Origin: a virus
Lineage: Duplodnaviria; Caudoviricetes
DNA: 51,991 nucleotides
Direction: 5' to 3' (one strand)
Virus record (IMG/VR): IMGVR_UViG_3300042340_000122
Span: 1-51,991 of that record
The translations under genes were made by a program, and so were the position numbers. Positions 45,131 through 51,991 of this stretch are shown here, one piece after another. The notes under the pieces are model-generated. The model had not been told where the DNA came from and ran no database searches. It saw nothing but the letters and a program-made list of their open reading frames with translations. Position 1 is the first letter of the stretch. Every line of letters starts with the position of its first letter.

Positions 45131-45949
45131 CTATGTGTAGGCGAAAGAGATGCGGCCAGCGCCGCCGTCGCGGCCTTCCGGAGACGTTCCCGCGGTAGTG
45201 CCACCGCCACCGCCACCGCCAGGGGACGCGCCCGACGTCGCCTCAGTTCCAGAGGCGTCCGCGTTTGACCCGCCTAACGCCCCGCTTGCTGCGTTACCGC
45301 CACCGGGGTTGGCAAGATAGGTGTTCGTCCCGGCATTTCCGTTTGTGTTGCTGGTGCCACCTGATGCTGTGCCTGCCGCGCCATTGACGGCTGTTGTCGC
45401 TCCACCGCCACCGCCCGCGCTGTGAGCCAGGCCGGTGTACCCGCCTGTCCCGCCTGTCGTTGATGTCGTGCCACCATTAGTTCCGCTGCCGCTGGCCCCT
45501 GTCTTTCCAGAACCACCACCACCGACCGTGTAGGTGATCTGGTCCCCGCCGGATACGGATACGGTGGAAACACAGCGCCCAGAGCCGCCGCCGCCACGGC
45601 AGGTCGTCGTGCTTGTTCCTTTGGAGCCACCGCCACCACCACCGTCGCTCGTGACCCCGGAAGAGGATGCGCCTGCAGGCGTCGTCTCGGTCGCGCCCGT
45701 TCCAGAGGTATACGTGTTTGTGACAGGCGTGAACGGGATCGCGCCACTAACCCCGAACCCAATGAGTTGGGTAATGCCGAGAGAAGCAACGATCTCCTGA
45801 TACGTCGCCCCGCGCACATCTTCAAAACGCTCGCGGAACGGGTTCCAGAGAAAGCCATCCACGACCTGAATAGGTGACTTCTTGGATGGAACCCAAACGA
45901 GGGATTTGGATGTGACGGGGAGTAGAAGATAGTTATGGCGAATGAACAT
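45131..45949 (-). CDS. Glycine-rich tail fibre/tip protein
   Basis: Gly-rich GGGG runs ending GGAGRISFAY. Confidence 0.65.
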   Translation of the reverse strand: MFIRHNYLLLPVTSKSLVWVPSKKSPIQVVDGFLWNPFRERFEDVRGATYQEIVASLGITQLIGFGVSGAIPFTPVTNTYTSGTGATETTPAGASSSGVTSDGGGGGGSKGTSTTTCRGGGGSGRCVSTVSVSGGDQITYTVGGGGSGKTGASGSGTNGGTTSTTGGTGGYTGLAHSAGGGGGATTAVNGAAGTASGGTSNTNGNAGTNTYLANPGGGNAASGALGGSNADASGTEATSGASPGGGGGGGTTAGTSPEGRDGGAGRISFAYT

Positions 45950-45952
45950 GGA

Positions 45953-47482
45953 TCAATCGTCCACGTTGCTGTTGATCGTGTACAGAAGCTGGATGCCGAT
46001 GAGTTTCGCATCGACGCCCAACGTATCCGACCCATCCGACACCGTGCGGTTGATCTGGAAATAGCAGATGTCACCTTCTGCTGGAGTTCCTGCAATTGTG
46101 ATTGCTGAACTCTCCGGACCCACGTGAACATCAAGTGCTGTGAGAAGTGTGTCGGTAGATGTCTGCGCAGTTCCAAATGCAGTGTCGATCGCATCATCAT
46201 TGGAAAGCGCAACGCCCTGAAGACCCCACACCACACCGCCAGAGCCAGATGCAGCCGTCCAGAACGGAATGAATGTAACCGTGCTTTCATTCCACCCCTT
46301 TGGAAACGCGACCGTGAATTGGGCAAACTCCTGCGTGGTGGTGTCAAAGTCCAGGGTTTTATTCATTACCTTGTTGGTGGTGGATTCCGTGGTTCCTGAA
46401 GCAGCGCCATTTGTAGTTCTGGCAGTCATCGCTCCGGCTGGAACCCAGACCGTCTGCTTGCCAATACCGATGCGGTCAAGGCGGACCTTTTTGTAAGCAG
46501 ATGCGGATGCATCCAGGGTGGCAACGAAGTCAGTGTTGGCTACTGGTGATGTGTCATCAGTCGCGTTGTTGATCGCGTTGTACCAAAGATCGGAAACCGC
46601 AACCTTGTTACCCGCATTGCTCTCTGAGGCATCTGCAAAGGCAATGAGGTCTCCGGTGGCCCCTCCAGATGTATCGGTCGTGAGAAGCTGGAGGCCATTA
46701 GTTAGAAGGTTATCGACCGTAACTGTCTGCGCCGCATTGCTCTCACTCGCATCGGAGAACAGAAGTTTATCTCCCGTTGCCCCGCCAGTCGTATCTGCCG
46801 TGAGATTGGCAAAGACATTAGTGAAGAGGTCTTGGACCGTTACCTTGTTGGATGCGTTGCTGTCTGAAGCGTCAACAAACGGGATGAAGTCCGCAACCGC
46901 GCCACCCGTTGCATCCGTGGTGAGGGAATTGAGATCGGTCGCGTAGAGCTTGGGATTGATGTATTCAAAGTAGGTCCCGTCATAGACCAGCCAGAGAGTA
47001 TCGCCGGATGCGATGTCCCCAGCCACAAGCGCCGCCTGATGCTTGCGGATTGTCTTTGCCCCGAGGGCATTAATATTGATGGTGGGGGTGGTGACTGTGT
47101 TCGTTCCCGGGGCAATGATTTGTACAATCATTCCAGCGGTATAGGCGGAGGGAGCGGGCGTAACCGTCCCCGTCATTGCATCCCCTGTTCCTCCGGGAGA
47201 GGCTGCTTTCCAGATGGTTCCATCCTGGATCTCGGAGACCCTGCCGTAATGGGTCCGGGACGTTGCGGCACCCGTGTTTGTATGCCTAAATCCTCCCATG
47301 GGAAGATTGGCTGAGGGCGTGGTTTGCCCATCAAGGGTGACGCAATTCTCCAGCCCGTCCACAATTCCGTCAAACTCGGCGTCCATTTCTGTAGCGCCGA
47401 TTATGTTTGTTGGAGACCCTGCGTCCCTTCGTGCTACCCACGAATAAAGGCGCGTGAATACACCACTACCGTTCCAAGGAAT
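45953..47482 (-). CDS. Tail fibre protein (probable ATT start at 47482; first ATG 47386)
   Basis: Open frame IPWNGSGVFTRLYSW upstream of the ATG, with GAGGAG SD; ANLPMGGFRHT; four internal ~41-aa repeats. Confidence 0.75.
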   Translation of the reverse strand: MPWNGSGVFTRLYSWVARRDAGSPTNIIGATEMDAEFDGIVDGLENCVTLDGQTTPSANLPMGGFRHTNTGAATSRTHYGRVSEIQDGTIWKAASPGGTGDAMTGTVTPAPSAYTAGMIVQIIAPGTNTVTTPTININALGAKTIRKHQAALVAGDIASGDTLWLVYDGTYFEYINPKLYATDLNSLTTDATGGAVADFIPFVDASDSNASNKVTVQDLFTNVFANLTADTTGGATGDKLLFSDASESNAAQTVTVDNLLTNGLQLLTTDTSGGATGDLIAFADASESNAGNKVAVSDLWYNAINNATDDTSPVANTDFVATLDASASAYKKVRLDRIGIGKQTVWVPAGAMTARTTNGAASGTTESTTNKVMNKTLDFDTTTQEFAQFTVAFPKGWNESTVTFIPFWTAASGSGGVVWGLQGVALSNDDAIDTAFGTAQTSTDTLLTALDVHVGPESSAITIAGTPAEGDICYFQINRTVSDGSDTLGVDAKLIGIQLLYTINSNVDD

Positions 47483-47517
47483 GGCCGTTACTCCTCTAGA
47501 GATGTGAAGGAAATAGA

Positions 47518-47769
47518 ATGAGTTACCGAGAGATTTATGCGGTCTGCATCTACGCCTGCATGATGCTCCTCGCGGGAGCCTTCGGCGGTATCTCGGGGAT
47601 CATTCTGATGAATATGGGGTTTTGGATTAGCGCCATCGATCTGGGATGGATCGACGATTGGTATGAAGAAAACCCGAAGGGGGAGGAAGTGGTCTTGAAT
47701 GAGGAAAGCGGGGAGGAACCCCCGCTCCCCGATAATGTCATCCGCCTTCCGGTGAGGAAGTTCGGCTAG
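47518..47769 (+). CDS. Small antisense membrane protein (superinfection-exclusion candidate)
   Basis: AAGGA SD; N-terminal hydrophobic segment; acidic tail ending DNVIRLP. Confidence 0.6.
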   Translation: MSYREIYAVCIYACMMLLAGAFGGISGIILMNMGFWISAIDLGWIDDWYEENPKGEEVVLNEESGEEPPLPDNVIRLPVRKFG

Positions 47770-49925
47770 AGCCCGGGAACGTAAGGCGCTGCGGCTGCGC
47801 CCGCTGCCTGCGTTCCCTGTACAACTGCCCCACCCCCATACGTCCGGGTGTTTTCGTTACCTGCTCCTGCTGCTCCTACATTCTGCTGCATCTTCTGGAA
47901 CTTCTGAGCGGCAACGTAATGCTTGTTCAACAGATTGATCCCGGCGCGAACTTCTGCCGGATCAGTGGAGAAGAGGAGGCGAACAATCTCCGCCCGTGTT
48001 CTTTCTCCAATTCCATTCAGCATCCCCTGGAACCGGGTCCATCCGATTGCGTTGAGTAGGGGAGTGATTGACCCACTTGCCATGGACCGACCAAGACCAG
48101 ATGCAGCCTCGGGGGAGAGTGCCGCAATACCCTCGTTCAGATCGTTCTGAGCCGCCGTTCTTTGAGCCGTGGGAGATCCAACATTTACATCTCCATACGT
48201 CTCATACATCTTCGTCTCAAGTTCATAGCGCTTGGCGAGTTCGTTGTACTTTTCCTCACCCAGAACCTGACGCATACGGTCCCGCTTGATCTTGGTGCCG
48301 AAGATACGGTTTACCGCATTTCCCTTATCAGGCGCGTTATCAATGTCTTCGATGATTTTCTGCGTAAACCCTTGCCGATAGAATTCCTGCTCGGACTTTG
48401 ACATGCCGGCGAGGTCTTTGGCCACTTGGTCTGGATGCGCCTTTGTGCCCATCCGCCCCGCTTCCATGGCTCGCTGGTTAGCGGCATGGCCCGCATAGAT
48501 CTGACGACCTTGAGCGTAGGACGGAGAGAGACGATCCATCTCGCCGACCCATTGGTTCTTCAGGGTGGTAAGGTTGCGCGCGGCTTGGTTGTTACCGGAC
48601 CTCACCGCGCTATCAATCATGTCATCGAGGGCCATTTTTCCATAGTGCATGGCCTTCATCGTGTATCCGATGACATTGCCCTTGGCATCCGTAATGACCA
48701 GATCAGACATCGGAATGCCCTCATCCTGCGCCATCTTGAGGCCCTGATTGATTGCCTGCTTTCCGCTCGGGCGGTTTGTAAGCTCGACTACCTTCGGCCC
48801 CGTCACGGGCTTGTTACCCGCGAACGCCTTGTCGTAGTGTGGTTTCGCTTCTGCAGCACGCTGAGCGGCAATCTCATCCGTAGATTGGACAAATGACCCG
48901 GGAGGCTTGCCGAGTGCTTCCTGCATATCATCGGCAACGCGAGACCCCATGCCCTCCTGACGGGTCTTGAGGAACTCTTGTGCCCTGTCCCGTCCCGACC
49001 CTGGCATTCTCGCTGCTGCCGTTCCCGCGTCTTTCACTGAAGTGGGGGCAACATCGATGGGCGCTACTGGTTTACCCGACTTCGCAGCGCCAAAGAAATC
49101 ATCGGCAAACTCGTCAATGGATTTTCCCGAGGCCAAGAACTTCTCAGCCAGATACCGCGCAGCCTTGTCTTCCGGCTTGCGGAACATGTTGAGGAGTTTC
49201 TGGCCTCCCTTGGTAGCAGCCGGACCAGCAACACCAATGGCAGTGCCCAAGATTGTGTTGACGGCCAACCGGCCCATGTCATCGCCAATGACGCCAACGC
49301 GCTGACCGATACCACCCGTAGAATGACCCGAGGCTGTGACTTCGCCTGCGGCCCCACCAGTGATGCCAAGAGCCCCGACCGTCTCGAGCAACTGTCCTGT
49401 CTTGGAGGTTGGTGCGGCTGCTACCATTCCGGCCACACCCTTGGGCGCAACCTTTCCTGCAGCCTCAGCAGCGGCCCGTGCAGTGGGTGCGCCTAATGCA
49501 GCACGTGCACCACGGATAACGCCCTGAGCGCCCTTGTAGAGCCCTGTGAAGAGGGGGGTTCCCGCTACAAAGCCTGCACCACCCGATGCTATGTTTCCAT
49601 AGGACCAGTCATCTTCCATTTCGCGATAGCGCTGGTGCTTCTTCTCAACGTCCGCAAGAGCCTTGTCATAGTCTTGACCGAAGAGTGCGCCACCCGCAGC
49701 GACCACCTCATCTCCAAATCCAAACAGCGCATTATCCAACCCATTCAGGATGTAACCCTGCGCTTGCTCGTTCCAGTCTCGGTCGTCAACGACAACATCG
49801 GAACCCGGACCCGCAATATCTTCATCAGATAGGGCGGTTGATTTGATAAGTTCATCATCGGACATGGCCTTGGCCGTCCGGCGTGCATTTGCTGCTTTTT
49901 GTTCTTTCGTGGGGATGTAGGGCAT
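47766..49925 (-). CDS. Large internal virion/DNA-ejection protein
   Basis: 719 aa, Ala/Gly-rich helical; FGFGDEV motif; last gene before the tail fibre. Confidence 0.72.
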   Translation of the reverse strand: MPYIPTKEQKAANARRTAKAMSDDELIKSTALSDEDIAGPGSDVVVDDRDWNEQAQGYILNGLDNALFGFGDEVVAAGGALFGQDYDKALADVEKKHQRYREMEDDWSYGNIASGGAGFVAGTPLFTGLYKGAQGVIRGARAALGAPTARAAAEAAGKVAPKGVAGMVAAAPTSKTGQLLETVGALGITGGAAGEVTASGHSTGGIGQRVGVIGDDMGRLAVNTILGTAIGVAGPAATKGGQKLLNMFRKPEDKAARYLAEKFLASGKSIDEFADDFFGAAKSGKPVAPIDVAPTSVKDAGTAAARMPGSGRDRAQEFLKTRQEGMGSRVADDMQEALGKPPGSFVQSTDEIAAQRAAEAKPHYDKAFAGNKPVTGPKVVELTNRPSGKQAINQGLKMAQDEGIPMSDLVITDAKGNVIGYTMKAMHYGKMALDDMIDSAVRSGNNQAARNLTTLKNQWVGEMDRLSPSYAQGRQIYAGHAANQRAMEAGRMGTKAHPDQVAKDLAGMSKSEQEFYRQGFTQKIIEDIDNAPDKGNAVNRIFGTKIKRDRMRQVLGEEKYNELAKRYELETKMYETYGDVNVGSPTAQRTAAQNDLNEGIAALSPEAASGLGRSMASGSITPLLNAIGWTRFQGMLNGIGERTRAEIVRLLFSTDPAEVRAGINLLNKHYVAAQKFQKMQQNVGAAGAGNENTRTYGGGAVVQGTQAAGAAAAPYVPGL

Positions 49926-51580
49926 TACTTGGGCATCCATCCTACCTTGCCAGAGGAATCACGGCCCCAAACGAAGGTGTTTCCATCGGGGGCTGTGTAC
50001 TCAGTCTTTCCAATGATGCGCTTTTCCTTCGGGGGTAAAACCACCTTGGGCTTTGGACCTGACGATGCGGACGGAGATGGTGGCTTCCCAGGCGCGCCGC
50101 CCTCCTCACCTGGCTTCTCGCCACCAAGCGTTATTGGAGCCCCAAACGGAGGAGGAGTCTCACCTCTGGCTCTGGCTTGGCGCACATACTCATTGTAGTA
50201 AATCTGCGCCTGACGCTGCTTGCGCTGGTACAGGTCACCAAGGATCTTCCTCATCACCTCCGGGTTCTGAAGTGCAGACCCAGGATCGCCACCCAAAGCC
50301 TTCAGAACGCGAACGGCATCGTATTCAGTCATGACGCCGGGGCCGACAATCGTGGTCCTGAACAGACCGAGCAGTGCCTGCACCTGATTGTCAGCAGAGA
50401 GCATATTGAACTCTGCCGGCGTGAGGGTTTTGCCACCAAATGCGATCTGCTTGGCCTTTGAGGTTACATCAAGGGCCCAGCGATTGATGCCTGTCGGGAG
50501 GTCCTTCACTGTCGCGAAGTACTCGTTCAACGCATCCATACCGTTGATTTCGTTCTGATAGTCCTGCTGCAGCTTGACGTATTGCGTCGGTGTCATCTGC
50601 TTTGGAGCGGGGGCCTTTCCACCGGCACGCTTATAGAGCCCATCCGGCGTCTGGTAATAAAGCTGGCCATCATTTGGGTTGAACACGGTCGATATTGGCT
50701 GACCATCTGGGCCTTCAATGGTTGGGCCCTGCTGCAACCCGCGCTTGCCAATCGGGCCGGGCGTCTTGAAGGACCTCTCACTTGGATCTACCGGCGCGCT
50801 CGCAGGTGTTCCAGGAACTGTCGGATCGGCTTCGCCAGCCGGAGTATCAACGCCATCAGCGTCCCAATTAGGGTCTTCCGCTCCGCCACCTGAACCCTCC
50901 CCCTTCCACCTTGGCGAGGGAGCGCCTACCGTCTCCCACGTCTTTGTTTCAGGATTCCACTGCTTGGTTACTACCGCGTTTCCTTCGTAGAAGTTGCGCG
51001 TGGTCGGAGCGTTTCCACCATCTGCAGCCGCCGCAGCCTTTCGCAGTCTGTAGTCTAGGGCTTTATCGACAAGCTCAGGATCACCGGATTTCATCCAGTC
51101 ATCCATCATCTTGTCAAAGTCACCCCCAGAGGTTTCGAACCCGCCCTGAACAACCTTGCGCCTGCGCTCTTCGATCTTCGCCTGATCCTCATCCGCGCGC
51201 TTGTCCATCCATGCGCCTGCGATCTGAGAAACCGCATTGGCAACCGCCTGCATCGGATGGTTGACTTCCTGCTGCTTGCCCATCAAGGCTTCGGCAAGCT
51301 TGCGCCTTCGCTCAATGGAGGATGCAGAGGGGAAATCTCCCTGTTCACCCTCAGGCTGTCCGGTCGGGGTTTGGCCACCCTCCCCAAACATACCGCCCCC
51401 GTTGATATCCACGGGCGTGAACATGGGCGCAACCTGAGCAGGTTGGTCCGGGCTTCCCACCCCGCCCACGGTTCCGTTTGGAAACATGGGAGGCTGTTCA
51501 TTCCCGAAGTCTTCAGGGGATACGAACCCCGGAGGACGCTGCGGCTGGAGGAATGGATTGTTCTGCCACGTGACGACCAT
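49925..51580 (-). CDS. Internal virion/DNA-ejection protein
   Basis: 551 aa; RRRKLAEALM...HPMQAVA N-domain; GPGVMTEYD. Confidence 0.68.
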   Translation of the reverse strand: MVVTWQNNPFLQPQRPPGFVSPEDFGNEQPPMFPNGTVGGVGSPDQPAQVAPMFTPVDINGGGMFGEGGQTPTGQPEGEQGDFPSASSIERRRKLAEALMGKQQEVNHPMQAVANAVSQIAGAWMDKRADEDQAKIEERRRKVVQGGFETSGGDFDKMMDDWMKSGDPELVDKALDYRLRKAAAAADGGNAPTTRNFYEGNAVVTKQWNPETKTWETVGAPSPRWKGEGSGGGAEDPNWDADGVDTPAGEADPTVPGTPASAPVDPSERSFKTPGPIGKRGLQQGPTIEGPDGQPISTVFNPNDGQLYYQTPDGLYKRAGGKAPAPKQMTPTQYVKLQQDYQNEINGMDALNEYFATVKDLPTGINRWALDVTSKAKQIAFGGKTLTPAEFNMLSADNQVQALLGLFRTTIVGPGVMTEYDAVRVLKALGGDPGSALQNPEVMRKILGDLYQRKQRQAQIYYNEYVRQARARGETPPPFGAPITLGGEKPGEEGGAPGKPPSPSASSGPKPKVVLPPKEKRIIGKTEYTAPDGNTFVWGRDSSGKVGWMPK

Positions 51581-51596
51581 TTAGGTATGTTCCTGA

Positions 51597-51923
51597 TTAC
51601 TTGCGGCGCTTGTTCTCGTAGCCATAGATTCCACCAGCGGCGCTTCCAGCAGCCCCGCCAATAATCGACCCCTTGAAAACTCTATCGTCCGCACGATCCA
51701 GCAGCCGCTTATCGCCACCAGAGCCCCATCCGTTCGAACCATCCTTTGAAGCGCGCCTCTCTGCCCTAGCCTCGGCCCGACGTGCTTTCTTCCCCGCCAT
51801 TCTCTTGCCGATAATTCTGCCGCCAAGAACCCCGAGCGCCGTCCCGACAACCACCCCCTGCTCGGCGTTCAAATCTAGGGCCTTGTCGAAGATGTCCCGA
51901 TTGTCTTCTTTCTTCTTGCTCAT
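51597..51923 (-). CDS. Small tagged glycine-zipper protein
   Basis: MSKKKEDNRDIFDKALD; GTALGVLGG and GGAAGSAAGG; NKRRK tail; GGAGG SD. Confidence 0.8.
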   Translation of the reverse strand: MSKKKEDNRDIFDKALDLNAEQGVVVGTALGVLGGRIIGKRMAGKKARRAEARAERRASKDGSNGWGSGGDKRLLDRADDRVFKGSIIGGAAGSAAGGIYGYENKRRK

Positions 51924-51991
51924 CCCATACCTCCAAATGCCTTGCGCATGATCGCTTCAATCAGGACTTGGCGCTTTCGATCATCTTCCGG
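51920..51991 (-). CDS. 3' end of an upstream virion-operon gene (partial)
   Basis: ...PEDDRKRQVLIEAIMRKAFGGMG*; ATGA overlap with the next gene. Confidence 0.5.
   Translation of the reverse strand, partial: PEDDRKRQVLIEAIMRKAFGGMG

Larger units (their letters stand above)
1..51991. mobile_element. Near-complete podovirus-like tailed phage genome, circularly permuted
   Basis: terS/terL/portal/scaffold/capsid/adaptor/nozzle/ejection/tail fibre/lysis/replication modules all present; no host housekeeping genes; the minus-strand virion operon runs off position 1 and resumes at 51991. Confidence 0.93.

Noticed and set aside
45274-46347. 357-aa alternative-frame ORF overlapping two tail genes
   Set aside because: Arg/Ser-rich off-frame product overlapping two better-supported genes; no slippery site identified
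1-51991. Window ends joining directly into a closed circle
   Set aside because: Joining position 1 to 51991 puts a stop two codons into the 922-start frame, the end fragment reads in another frame, and no terminal overlap is visible; a short segment is probably missing
1-51991. tRNA genes, integrase, or stop-codon reassignment
   Set aside because: None recognised by eye; core genes are intact in the standard code and all three stop codons are used

Overview
The window is a near-complete, circularly permuted dsDNA tailed-phage genome of about 52 kb. It has podovirus architecture (no tape measure; adaptor, nozzle and ejection proteins present). The host is probably an alphaproteobacterium (inference). 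A divergent switch at about 32.56-32.88 kb drives two arms. The minus-strand arm carries cro-like, helicase, methyltransferase and replication initiator genes, then terS, terL, portal, an accessory virion module, scaffold, major capsid, adaptor, nozzle, GNAT and an ejection protein. It continues across the window ends into more ejection proteins, tail fibres and the lysis genes. The plus-strand early arm carries nucleases and a DNA-modification cluster (PAPS-reductase-like, QueD-like, TGT/DpdA-like, Mom-like). No cI or integrase was found, but mirrored operator arrays and a truncated excisionase-like remnant suggest a formerly temperate phage. The most striking observation is about 12 small genes scattered among the virion genes that share a short amphipathic tag (D[NT]RD[IV]F[DE]K[AIV][LVF], generalised R-x-x-hydrophobic-x-x-A-hydrophobic). 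The tag resembles the scaffold C-terminus, and many carriers also have glycine-zipper helices and KRRK tails, suggesting a tag-based capsid-cargo system. A highly structured non-coding element of about 200 nt, bracketed by 17-bp direct repeats, lies between terL and portal. All calls come from motif recognition by eye; no database searches were run.
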